Shown: positions 1 to 17,633 of the stretch, one piece after another | Numbering within the stretch: the stretch's first letter is position 1 | Layout of the letters: each line of letters begins with the position of its first letter | Assembly (NCBI GenBank): GCA_033442325.1 | Contig: JAWQFM010000017.1 | Coordinates: 485,905 to 549,904 of the forward strand | Origin: Salpingoeca rosetta | Lineage: Eukaryota > Protista > Choanoflagellata | Reading direction: 5' to 3' | Length of the DNA: 64,000 bases | Translations under genes and position numbers: made by a program | The notes under the pieces: generated by a model | Seen by the model: the letters and a program-made list of their open reading frames with translations, nothing else | Told to the model about the DNA's origin: nothing | Database searches by the model: none

Positions 1-281
1 CGTTTGTTGGGAATGTGATATTGTGATGTAGTTGTGTGTTTTGTGCAAGCGTGTTGTGGATGAGGTTGTGGTGCGGGATGCTGAGATGGATTGTCTGATG
101 CGCTGTGTCATTCATTTAACATTGCATACACACGCACTCGCATATACATATGTGCGAGCATACACACACACGTAAACACACAACAACGACACCGTACAAC
201 AACATTTATAATCATAACACCCATTCGTATGCACGCACACATTGCCGCACTTTGATACCATTCATTTTCTTCAACACGCAG

Positions 282-4906
<4,625 letters not shown>

Positions 4907-5263
4907 TGGGTTGTTGTGCGATGTGTTTGGCAGCCAGTGTTTGTTGTTTCCGTTTCTTTCTCCATCTTACTGGATCATGGATGTTGCTTCCATTCGTTTC
5001 GCTTCGTTCATTCTTACGTTGCTTCCCCTTCCTCTCCCTAAACCGACGGTCAGCGTGTTCATCATGCTTCTCTTGCTGTTGTTCCGTTTCACTGCGTTGT
5101 CACTCGCTTTGTTTTTCCGTAGCCTACAGCCACCGCTTGTCTGTCTGCATCCACTCGAACCGTGTATTGCGCGAGAAGCACAAGCAACAAGTTGGGGCGA
5201 ACAAGCAAACACACACGCTGTAAAGACAGCAAGCAACATGTGTGTGTGTGTGCGTGTGTGTGA

Positions 5264-6381
5264 TTAGAGGATGATTTCGTTCTTGTGGTCGCGAGTAATC
5301 TCCTTGTTGGGCAGCACGAGCGTGTGCAGCAGCATGCGCCCCTCGTCCACCGTGACGCCCTCACCTGCGCAGCGCAAGGGGAAAGCACGAGACAGGAGGT
5401 GAATGGGGGGGGGGCGAGGATGAGATGTGGTGGAGAAGAGGTCACGAATACAAGCGAGGAAACACACGTAGTGCCTCGTTCACACACACACAGACGCACA
5501 GGCACACACACACAGACACACACGCCGACACACACATACACATACACACACAAAGCGCACCGAGCACGGAGATGTTTGGTTCGAGCTTGCCCTCCTGGTT
5601 GAAGAGGGCTTTCTGCATGATGTGTGTGCTCGGGTTGTTCGGGTCCGCACCAACGGGCGAGCCTTCAACACGACTCCACGCCCGCACAACGCTGCTCCAT
5701 CCAATGATGCTGTTCAGGATGCACGCGTTCTTCTGCTCGCGCGCGTATGTATGTGCGCGTACATATTGAGAAAAGACGAAAGCACCCCACAAACGTGAAC
5801 TTGTGCGCACCTGCTCGAACACGCCATCATCGTCCCCGCCCTGCGCCACAAGACAGCTTCTCCACATCACCACCATCATCTGGTACCTCGACGTGGCAGT
5901 TCTTGAGCACAATCGAGTCCTTGATGCGAACGCCTTCCTCCACGGTGCAGTACGGCCCGATGGTCACGTTCGGGCCAATCTGACGCGCGAGAAGGCAAGG
6001 GGGGTAGTGAGTGAGAAAAGTTTGTGCGCGCATGTGTGCATGTGTGTGTGCATGTGTGCATGTGTGTGTGTGCATGTGTGTGTAAGAGAGCTTGGTGTTG
6101 TGCAGAGGACGAGGAAGTGAAGCACCGTGGAGATGAGGTGTGATAACACTTTCGCATCGAAGAAGGGCGAAAGTGCAGCAGCGAGCGTTCAACAGGTGCT
6201 GTTCAATTTCGTTGTTCACCTTTGCGGAGGGGTGAATGCGGGCGGAAGGGTGGATGGAGACATCGCCGACGATGGTGGGGCCGTCAGCTGGTGATGAGCA
6301 CGGCAGCAAGAGAGAGCATGGGTTGAGACGGGGGGGGGGGGTGAGAGGGGAAGGAGTGAGACCAATGACAGAATTGCCCGA

Positions 6382-6414
<33 letters not shown>

Positions 6415-6581
6415 GTTGCTTGTGCGAGCTGCGTTGGGTCGTTTGAGCGGTAGAGACTGAGGTAGAAGCGGTTCGCGTACACCGCGGAGCTGATGGAACG
6501 CGTTGGTGGATGGGGGGAGGTCATAATCGTGAGCAATCAAACGGCTCCAATATGGCTGATGTCGCTTGTGCTGCACACAAT

Positions 6582-6644
<63 letters not shown>

Positions 6645-6677
6645 AACAGATACGCACACACACACACACAAACAGAT

Positions 6678-6713
<36 letters not shown>

Positions 6714-7948
6714 AGAATCCCCCCCTCCACTTCTCCATCTCCCCAGCCCACCCTGCTGATTTGACTTGGCTCCAGAATCCGTCAAACTTGAACACAAACG
6801 CCTGACCCGAGCCAGCCTGCAAGCAACAGCAGCAACAACACACGCAAAGGTTGGAGGGTTGGAGGAGGCGTGAAAGAGCATCAAGCGGAACGGGGGCTGT
6901 GTTAGAGATGAAGAAAGTAAAAACAGAATGCCAATCAATACACGCACGCCGCGGGTGCTTGCAGGCAAGGCGATGAACATCCGAGTGCTTGCTTGCATGC
7001 AACAAGAGGGTACACGCTCACCAGCTTTGGGAAGATGTCGTTTTCAAAGTGAATGGCGCCCTCAACGCCCATGTCCAATTGACGCACAAACACCTGACCG
7101 AGGTTGTGTGTGGAGGTGGTGGTAGTGGGAAAGGGAATGCAGTGGAAGAGAATGCAGGTGAGGAGGCGGCGAACGTGCATGGGATGATGCACACCACACA
7201 CACACACGCACACACACACATACACACACACACATACACACACACACACACATACACACACACACACCTTACCTCCTTGATCTGGTCGATGATATCTGGG
7301 GAGAATGCGTAGACGCCGCCGTTGACGTCGCAGCTCACGCACGTGCTCGGCTGATGGCAGTGATGACGACGAACATGGATGCAGGGACGCGGCAAGGAGG
7401 TGTGGATGAGTTTGTGCAGATGTGTGTGTGTGCGTGTGTGTGTGTGTGTGTGTGCGTGTGTGTGTGCGGATGAGTGAGCCAAAAGGGAGGGCATGACGTA
7501 AGAATCGCGCCACAACTACGACTGGTGACGTTCAACAGCCACATGTTGCCTGCATGCAATGACAAGTGACACGTCTTCGATGCCAATCACCTTCTCCACG
7601 TAGTGCATGATGGCGTTGGTGGACGAATCCGCCACAATGTTTCCGTACTGGTGCGCTTGATCCTTGCGCGCCTGTAATCCAACAAAGGGGTGGGATATGG
7701 GAGGAGGGGACGTGAGCACGACACACACGACACACACACACACACATTCACACATGCACACACATTCACACATGCACACACATTCACACATGCACACACA
7801 CACATACACACGCCTACCTTGACGGCCATGATGGTGGTGTGCTTGCCAGATGCGACGTTGGTGTGGAAGCGAAGGATATCTGTCAAACATGGAAGGCATC
7901 TTCAGTGAGCCGAACACACACGCAATGCAGAGAAATACACACAGACAC

Positions 7949-7981
<33 letters not shown>

Positions 7982-8229
7982 TAGACACACACACACACAC
8001 AGAGCAACTCACCCTGGAGAGGAAAGTCGCAGCAAAGGTTGCCGTGCATGACGAGCATGACGTCTGGTTTCCCGCGCAGGATCAGGTCGCGGTAGTGGTA
8101 CAGGCCGCCAGCGGTGCCAAGCTCCGTGTACTCTTGAAGATACCTGTTGTGACGCAAGACAAGCACACCAGACGTTAATGATGGGAGTCAGCGTCTTGTT
8201 CGTGCTTGTGGGACACAAAACAAATATGA

Positions 8230-8261
<32 letters not shown>

Positions 8262-8847
8262 ACACACACACACAGACAGACAGACACACACAGACAGACA
8301 CACAGACACACAGACACACACACACACACACACACGCATGCATACACACATTCACGCAAACAAGCACACATACGAACACACACACACACACAACCCATAC
8401 AGCATTGCTGACCTGACAGCAATGCCGGTTTGACGCTTGGCATCTACCACCAGGTCCGCGAACATGTTCTCGGGGTACTTGCCTGCACACAGGCACACAG
8501 GCGCACAGGTACGCATAACGCCACGTCAGACATCACGATTGCGGTTTGGATCAGGAAACGTGCGCGAGAAGCAGCCAGTGTCACGCTTACCGAGGAGGAT
8601 GATTTCCGAGACGGCGTCGACCTTGCTGATGGCGTTGATGTGGTGCATCACCAACGGCATGCCAGCCACAGGGAACAGTGGCATCGGGCACTTCAGGGAA
8701 AGTGGCCGGAACTGCGTGCCTGTGTGTATTTGAATGGGTGTGTTTGTCGGTGTGGTGTCTTGATTTGGGCATGCAAAAACACTGTTGACCAGACACCAAC
8801 AGCGTCAGCGTCTCCTACACACACGCACACACACACACACACGCACC

Positions 8848-8879
<32 letters not shown>

Positions 8880-9188
8880 CACACACACACACACGCACAC
8901 ACACACACACACACACACGCACGCACACACGCACACACACACACACACTCACGCACGCACACACACACGCACGCACACACATACACACACACACCACCAC
9001 TGACCGTGTTTGGGACCACCAACAATGATGACGGCCTTGACGTTCTTGGCATGGGCATCCTGCTGGGTCGCAGACCGTTGGACCCCCGTCACTGCAATGG
9101 CAGCTTCGCTCATCTCGCGAGCGACAAAGTCGGTCGAAGCCCGCTCGCTCGGTGTCGGCGACGAGCTGCGGAACGCCGTCGTGTCCAT
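5264..9188 (-). CDS. GMPPA: Mannose-1-phosphate guanylyltransferase alpha (GDP-mannose pyrophosphorylase A, regulatory subunit), multi-exon
   Basis: Spliced peptides [12 protein letters not shown]|[77 protein letters not shown], hexapeptide repeats ([27 protein letters not shown]) and C-terminus [16 protein letters not shown]. The GGPxxG insert and xxIIL* ending are GMPPA-type. Confidence 0.93.
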
Positions 9189-9430
9189 CGCGTTCAAGGG
9201 TGAGGTGCAGCAGGAGAGGTGGTTGTCTTTTTGTCGCTTGTTGTTGTTGTTGTTGTTGTGTTGGAACAATGGCTGTGCGCGATAAATTTTTCTCGATTGC
9301 ATGGCATTCTAAGGAAGCATTGCTGTTGACTGTCTCATTATAAAGCCATGGAATCGAAGTCAGCGAAGGCAGTTACATTACTGCTTCGCGTGAGAGACAA
9401 ACGAACACTGCCACTGCCACTGTCCTCGTG
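9189..9430. promoter_or_regulatory. Putative bidirectional promoter between GMPPA and SMPD4
   Basis: 242 nt between divergent ATGs (9188 minus, 9431 plus); TATAAA at 9339-9344. Confidence 0.5.
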
Positions 9431-10131
9431 ATGGCTGGGCTTGGTTTCCCTGATGCACAGCAGGCTGCCATGAATAGGCAGATGCCGATGGCTGGCTCCC
9501 TGCTGCGGGAAGCAGAGGAACTGGAGCGCAAGCTGGGCAGCAAAGCACGAAGCAACCAGCGCATGTCGCCCAGAGTGAGTTTGTATGCGGTGTGTGTATG
9601 TGTGAGCGGTGGGGATGTGTGTGTTTGTTGTATGTATGCGGTGTGTGTGTTGTGTGTGTGTATGTGCTGTGTGTGTGTATTGGTTGCTGAGTGCATCGAG
9701 AGGCACGCTTGGAGCTCACATCCACACAACTTTGCCACGATTTTCACGCTTCGCGGTGGATGCTGTGCGTGCAGGACTTCTTCAACGAGCTGCCCGCCAT
9801 CCTGACCAACTTCTTTGGGCTCTCGCAGTCGGACTCCTCCACAAACATGTTCACAAACAAGCGAACCGCAGCTTGTGCGGAGGTGAGCCACTGAGACGAG
9901 TTGCTCGCGTGCGTGTGGTCCCCTGCTCCGTGTGTAATCTCCATTCATCACACGTGTACTCAATGCGCTGACTTGCGCTCGTCGCTTCCTTCCTGCAGCA
10001 CTTGTTCTACCCTGAGGGTCCGATCCTGTCGCACATCGAGCTCATCCAACGAGAGGGAAAGCGATACGGCCTTCCTCTCAAGTTCTTGCCGGTGCGTTCA
10101 CGTGCGTGTGTGTTGCGTGTGTTTCGTGTGT

Positions 10132-10169
<38 letters not shown>

Positions 10170-11716
10170 GCGTGCACATGTGTACATGTGTGTGTGTTTG
10201 CTGCGTGTTGCGTGTGCTCTGCCCGCCGAGGCCCGTTCCTGTCAGTCAATGTGTCGCTTGTGAGAACATTCACCATCTCGTCTTTCACACGTGCAACGCG
10301 GTTTTCTCTTCCCCACAGCTGTTCTTCAGCACGAAACTGGCGATGGAAGCTGTTCCCCACCTGCCGCCCATCGTCCAGGCCATGCTCGCACAACCGGCCA
10401 ACACCGCCAAGCTCGACCACCTCAGCCCACGTGCGTACATGAAGCGTCTGTTGTGTGTGAAGAACTCTGTGTATGTGGATGGATGATTGCGTGAGACTTT
10501 ACTTGCATGTGTTTTCAGCTCAGGTGGCTCGACATTCCCTATTCCCCGCCTTTTCCGTACACACCACCTCATCTCTCCACTCCCCACTCCACGCACCATC
10601 CCCATACCCTCGTTGTCACCTTGCAGGTCCCTTTGCGTACTTCTACATCATGTACTGCATGCGGGCGCTGAAGAGCAGCGAGCGCGAGCGGCTCGAGTCA
10701 TCGCAGAATGTCTACTACCGCCTCCTCGCTGCATTCCTCAACTACTACGTCCCAACCAAGGACAGGTGTGTGTGTGTATGTGTGTATGTGTGTGTGTGTG
10801 AGTGTGTGTATGTGTGTGTATGTGTGTGAGTGTGTGTATGTGTACGTGAGTGCGATTGCTTGCCAATGTGAGCTTACCGCTCCTGATCTGTCACCTCATT
10901 CGTCATTGCGTGTGTGCACACGTGTGCGCCTGTTTGCACTTCAAATCAGCAGCACCAGCGCCACCCAGCCGCCAACAGCCGCATCCGCCGCTCGCAGCGC
11001 AGGGAGCCCGTCCCTCCGAGGTGCTGCTGCTGCTGCTGATGATGATGATGCTGATGGTGATGATGATGCTGATGGTGATGATCATGGCCGCGTGTCCGAG
11101 CACATATCATATCATGACATCACCTTGAGCCAATTTGTTTATGTTATTCTCGACTGGCTCGCTCATTCATCCACCGTGCGACCATCCATCATGTGTACAT
11201 ATGTACAGCCGCTGGGACGGCGGCGCTGCAGAAGATCAACACGGCGACTCACGTCATGACAGAACAGGGTGCGCACGCCAGGGTGGTTGCTGAACAGGGT
11301 GCCTTGCAATGGCGGTGCCTGCGTGGTTGTGAAGAGCAGGGTGCAGTGAAGAGGGGCGTATGTGTGGGCAATGTCAAAGTTCCTCAATTCCGCCAGCGTA
11401 CATCCCATCCCTTTTTGCTTTTCTCACATCGTGCACGCGTGTGTGCACGGCGCGCCACCCTGCTGTGTTGTGTTGTGCAATGGATTGGCAGGGTTCTCTG
11501 GCATCTCGAACATTGATCAGATCTGGCAAGCGTCCGCCCACGTGCGTACAGCGGAGGCAGTGCTGGCAATGTCGTGTGATGTGATGGGATGTGATGGGAT
11601 GTGATGGGATGTGATGTGCAGGATGGTGCGCGTGTGTGGGTGTGGGTGTGGAGGGACAAGATACGCACGTTAACGAACACACACGTACACGCATCCATGT
11701 ACATTCAAACAATCAT

Positions 11717-11804
<88 letters not shown>

Positions 11805-13427
11805 GCACGCACGCACTGACTGCAGGCTGTGCAGCAAGTTGGCGGCCAGTGCACACGTGTTGAGCAGACGCACGCATTCCTGGCGACGGTGCTGGAGATG
11901 TGGCTCGGGCAATATCTCCTCCCAAACCCATCGGTACTGCTGGCGGAGTGCGCTGTTTTGAGGGGCGTATAGGGTGGGGGCATGTGGACGAAGGAAGGGG
12001 TGAGCTTGCAGGTTGGGGAAAGAGAGCGATTTGACGCAGTCGTGCCCTCACATGCACACACACACACACACACACATATATACACACACGCACGCAATCA
12101 CATACACACACAAACACACACACATGCGATCCCACACACACCACCACCGCCCCACGGCGTGATGTCACTGCTAGCGGGCGAGTGTGACGCACGCTGCGTT
12201 GGTTGTGATGGTGGTGCGTTGGCTGCAGCGGTCGCTGTTCTACCACGCGCACGCCGTCGCACATCCAGACCAGCACCCGCCCGAGCACGCCCAGCTCATC
12301 AAGGCCAGATACAGGTGCGCTCGTCGTTGTGGCGGCGATGGTGGTGGTGGTGGTGGGATTGTACTGTTTTGTCAACATCTTGCATGTGCTGGAATAGTTC
12401 CGTGCGTGCGTGCGTGTGTGCGTGTGTGCGTGCGTGTGTTTTCGTGTTCTGTTCCTTTCATCTCAACCCCATCTCATCTCCATTCCACATCACCACCACC
12501 ACCACCACCACCACCAACACCGCCACAACGACATCACAGCGTGATTCGCGGGTTGTACCGCCACTATCTTCCGGCCATCTGTGCGTTTGTGCACACGAAC
12601 CTCCGCCCCCAGCACACCGCATGTCACCAGGTGCGCCAGCCAATCGTCATGGTGATGACAGTGGTGATGATTGATGGTGATGGTGACGTATTGTGGTCAC
12701 GTGTTTGTATGTAGAGAGAAGCTTGTACATGTAGGGGTTTGTCGTGCGTGCGTGTGTGTGTGTGTGCGTGTGTGTGTGCGTGCGTGTGTGTGTGCGTGCG
12801 TGCGTGCGTGCGTGTGTGCGTGCGTGCGTGTGTTCCGCGACGACAGTCATTCGTTTCCATTGAGCGCGCACGCCAACACGACACCACCTGATCCAAACAA
12901 TGATCACTGCAGGCGCTGGACTGCCTGTTGAAGATTCTCTCGCCGTGGAAGTACACATATCCGGACAAGTCGCCCATCACCCGCGAGGCAGCGTACGCGA
13001 CATGCACACTCACAGATGCGTGCGTCTGCTTGAGATATTCTGCCGACACATCCTCTGCCCAACTCAATACTTCCCACCATACACTCACATCCACATTGAC
13101 ACACATACACACACACACACACACATGCACCTCCACACACCACCACGACGACCACCAGAGCTGAGCATGTGCGTGCGCACGTGTCGTTCTTCACGGTGCT
13201 GGCGCTGCAGGCGGTGGAGAACATTGCACACATGGACCTCGGATACGACGAGGCAAAGTCAGTAAACCCATCACAGTCGTGGTGGTGGTGATGTTGGTGA
13301 TGGTGATGGTGATGATGATGGTGATGGTGATGGTGATGGTGAGGGATTGGAAGTTGCTGCGGCTTGTGATTGCACGCGTCTGTGCACCGGTACTTGTTCG
13401 TTGTGAAGTGACACCGCCGCCATGGCT

Positions 13428-13485
<58 letters not shown>

Positions 13486-16400
13486 CAGGTGGCGTCGTGG
13501 AAAGGACGCATCCCTCAACTTGCTCGTCAAATTCCTCAAGTGAGTGATGGAACATACTGCCACCAGATCAGAACACACACACATGCATACACACATTCAC
13601 ACATGCATACATTCACACACACATGCACACATTCACACACACATGCACACATTCACACACACACACACATCCCCATCCATCCTTCCATGCCCCAACTCCC
13701 AACCCACCCCACCCCCTCTCACCTCCATATCACCCATGTGCCCCACCTCCGGCGCCCCTGCAGCGTGTTTCCGACACCAATTGCGCAAGTTACGGTGCAG
13801 TCGCTGATATCCGATGAGGAGGAGGCGTTTGTGACGTCATGGGGCCGCGAACGTGTCGCCACAGCCCTCCACGAACAGGTGATGATGGTGACAGGTCGTG
13901 ATGGTGTTGCTGGATGACTGTGGCCACTGTTCGTTGTTCTACAGGGCGTGCGCGTGCGCTCTTGGCCCTCAGGGATGGCTGCTGTGTCCACTGCTGTCGT
14001 CGATCGGTGTCACAGTGTCACAACCTCACACATTCCCTCCCCCCTTGTTTTGTTCTATTCTCCTCTCCATGGTGAATAGCTCCAAGCGTTTGATCCGCGC
14101 GTGTTGCGGACGTTTGCTCCACTTTTCTTTCGTGACTCAGCACGAACGCCGGCCCAGCTGCAGCAGGCGGCGGCGCGTGCAGACAAGGCCATTGCCGCAT
14201 CATGTACGTTTGTGCGCGTGTGTTGGTTATGTGTGTGTAAATGTGTGTGTGTGCGTGTGTGTGCGCGCGCGTGCATGTGTGTGTGTGTGCACGTGCGTCT
14301 ACAGCAGGACATGGTACAAGTGTTCACGTAGCATCTTTGTCATCATGCGCCGCCCGTGTGTGCACGTGTTTTCGTGTGCTGTGTGCAGATGAAAGCGTGT
14401 CCCGAAACCTGCAACTCGCCAAGGAGCGGGAGCAGCAGCACATCAGCGCAGAAATCACGTGCGTAGAGTTGTGAATTTATGTTTGCGTGCGTGTGTGCGT
14501 GTGTGTGTGTGCGTGTGTGTGCGTGCGTGCGTGTGTGTGTTGTCTTGTCTTGTGCAGTGGATACCCGCATCACCCGCATCATCTTCACCACCCCCACCCA
14601 CCTACTCAACTCTCCTCCCCCCCCCCCCAACACCACATTCCTCTGCAGGCCGCAGCGGCTGCTGCAGGAGCCGATGGCTGTCATCAATGACCTCTTCAAT
14701 CCACGGCCCGCCCTCAACTTCCGCGCACACAGGTGCCGGTGCCGTGCACGTGATGATGTCTTGTCACTCGCAGTTCCACCCTCGTGCATGCGTGTGTGCT
14801 GCATCGCTCTGTACATGCACCTCTCACCTCCTTTATTCTCCCCCATTTGCTTCACCTCGCCCCCTGTCTTCCCCCTCCCCCCCCTCCATCTTTACTCTCC
14901 CCTTCTCTTAACGTCTACCCCCCCGCGCGCCTCTGGTGTGCAGGGCGTATCGAAAGACGCTGGCGTCCATCAAGTCCAGCATCGCCACGCTCTTCCCCGC
15001 AGCCGCCACCGCAGCGGTGAGACACAAGCACCGCCCAAGAGCAGCAGCCCAACACCTGTACACTGATATTGTTGTGGTGTGTGTTTTTCCTTCAACACCT
15101 GCTGCCGTTCCCTCCTTTCAACTGTCCTTTCTTCTGTCTGCTGCCATCACTGCACGCCACCATCCCACCGTCATTCAACCACATCTACTCGTCTTGTCCA
15201 ATCGTATTCTCATCATGGCTTCCACCACACCATCAAACCAATCTTCATTTATTCACGCCTCCATAGGCTGCTGGCGATCGCGCGGCGCTCCTGCGACGAA
15301 CGGCGTCCGGACACGTTGTCCAGCACGTCGATCGCAACGTCATCCGCGCCCGCTGGCTCGCACACTACGCTTCCATGAGGTGCGGGGATGGGGTTGTTGA
15401 GGGGGGGGGGTAAGGTGTTTGGGCTGTGTGTATGTGTGTGTGTATGTGTGTGTGTGTGTGAGCGGTGGAGGTTGGTTGCATTCAAGACGTTTTGAGACAC
15501 AAGTAAACACACACACACATACATACACACACACACACACATACACACACGTAGGCGCCAGCCGGTTCGTTCGTTTGAGATTGGATTCCTCGTCCACATT
15601 CTCAACCGTCTCTCAACGTTCCTCAACGAGAAGGTGATGTAACACTCGAGTTGTAATTCCTGCACATGTGTACGTATGTGTACGTATGTTTTGGGCTGTA
15701 TTCGGTAGACTTCATTTATTCACGCCTCCATAGGCTGCTGGCGATCGCGCGGCGCTCCTGCGACGAACGGCGTCCGGACACGTTGTCCAGCACGTCGATC
15801 GCAACGTCATCCGCGCCCGCTGGCTCGCACACTACGCTTCCATGAGGTGCGGGGATGGGGTTGTTGAGGGGGGGGGGGGTAAGTGTTTGGGCTGTGTGTA
15901 TGTGTGTGTGTATGTGTGTGTGTGTGTGAGCGGTGGAGGTTGGTTGCATTCAAGACGTTTTGAGACACAAGTAAACACACACACACATACATACACACAC
16001 ACACACACATACACACACGTAGGCGCCAGCCGGTTCGTTCGTTTGAGATTGGATTCCTCGTCCACATTCTCAACCGTCTCTCAACGTTCCTCAACGAGAA
16101 GGTGATGTAACACTCGAGTTGTAATTCCTGCACATGTGTACGTATGTGTACGTATGTGTACGTGTGTGAGTGTGATTGTGATTGTGTGCCTGTCTTTCTT
16201 CTTCTTTTTCTCCTCACTGCTCTCGCTGTTCTCACTGTTACCACTGCCCCCACCGTCGCCATCGCCACCGCTGTGTGCCATCCCTGCACCAATCATCACT
16301 CCACCCCCTCGCTCACTCCACATCAGCTTGAGCACCGACCGTGGCTGTATTCGCACCTGGCACCGCATCAGCTTGAAGAGTATGTTGCGCAACACGCCAT

Positions 16401-17633
16401 TCTGGATGACGGGCTGTTTGGGATTTGCCCCGCCCACGAGGTCGACCCCTCCACTCTCTTCCACATCTTCGTCACCCGCGACGGCATGGTGTGTTTTTGT
16501 GGCGCACGTGCAAGTGGCTGGTCGTACATGCGTGCACGCACGCACACGAGGGCTGTGCTGTGTTTGTATTGACACGTGTACTTTGTCCATGCTGACAACA
16601 TGTCTTTTGTTGACTTGTAATTGCGTGCGTGCTCTCTTCCCCTCAAATGCGCTTCACACCAAATATCCACGTCACCAACCACAACCATGCATCCACACCA
16701 CCACTCATCATTCACCACCAACCATGCATCCTTCACATCCATTCCCTTCCACCGTCGCCACCGCCACCCCACAGGTTGAGGCAGACACGTTGACTGCGAC
16801 CGCTGACGGCGGCATCACGCTTGATGGCCATCTCCTGTTTGCAGACGTGGGCGAACTCGTCGCATTCTACAGAGTGAGAACACATCACCTGTGTGCGTGT
16901 GTGTGTGCGTGTGTGTGTGTTTTTGTGTGTAATGCTATGGTTTTCGGCGTGTTGTTCCCCTCCTCCTTGAACTTCTCATATCACCTTCCCCGTTGTTTCT
17001 CAACCACCTCCACGTTTTCGCAGCAATGTCCGTACTACATTGATCGCAGCGGCAAGGAATACGTGCTGAAGCCCATCCCGCACACGCCAGACGAGAACGA
17101 GGTGCCGTGGGCTCATGCCAGCACTTGAGTGACCGTGATTGCATAACCGTATGACTCAATTGTGGGCCTTTGACTTTGTTGTTACTGCTCTTTGGCTTTT
17201 CCTTGCAACAACCAATTGCTCACCACACACACACAACACAACACAACACACACCCTCACTCACACACAACACACACACACACACAACACACACACACATA
17301 ACACACAACACAACACAACACAACACAACACAACACAACACAACACAACACAACACAACACAACACAACACAACACAACACATCACAACACGTGTGCAGC
17401 GTGCACCGACACCGCTTGAAGCAACGCTGCTGTCACTGCGCCGCAAGCTGTTCCCGATCAACTTGCGTCACGCAGCCGATGTGCGCATGTGGGCGTGGCT
17501 GCTGGTGCCCATGCTCGCCTGGTACCTAACGACGTCCGTCAGCATGGCTGCCTTTGTGCTGCTGCTTGTGGTGTTTGCCATGATTGTTGCCGGTGTTGTC
17601 GCCGTCGCTTCCACACCCGCGCCACACGCGTGA
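9431..17633 (+). CDS. SMPD4: Sphingomyelin phosphodiesterase 4 (nSMase3/NET13) homolog with inserted SH2-like domain and C-terminal TM, multi-exon
   Basis: Spliced peptides DFFNELPAILTNFFG, FYPEGPILSHIELIQREGKRYGLPLKFLP, PFAYFYIMYC...VYYRLLAAFLNYYVPT, TVLEMWLGQY, RQPVRSFEIGFLVHILNRLSTFLNEK and INLRHAADVRMWAWLL followed by a hydrophobic tail. These match SMPD4 motifs in order (LDPGGP..FPVSYLP, NPFEYY, FVEMWL, LQPIRSYE, LSLRFLGSYR). Not every internal exon was resolved. Confidence 0.85.
15243..16157 (+). repeat. ~447-nt near-perfect tandem duplication covering two SMPD4 exons
   Basis: 15243-15689 is repeated at 15710-16157 with a 20-nt spacer; visible differences are confined to the G-run and adjacent bases near 15400-15415/15867-15884. 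Confidence 0.97.
16327..17101 (+). other. SH2-like domain encoded by three phase-0 exons within SMPD4
   Basis: Exons 16327-16488, 16775-16873 and 17024-17101 give LEHRPWLYSHLAPHQLEEYVAQHAILDDGLFGICPAHEVDPSTLFHIFVTRDGMVEADTLTATADGGITLDGHLLFADVGELVAFYRQCPYYIDRSGKEYVLKP. This has SH2 hallmarks: PW at betaA, DGxF at betaB, and FxxxxELVxFY at alphaB. Confidence 0.75.

Noticed and set aside
9348-9431. 27-codon uORF whose TGA overlaps the SMPD4 ATG
   Set aside because: Its ATG is only a few nt after the TATA-like box, so it is probably upstream of the transcription start.
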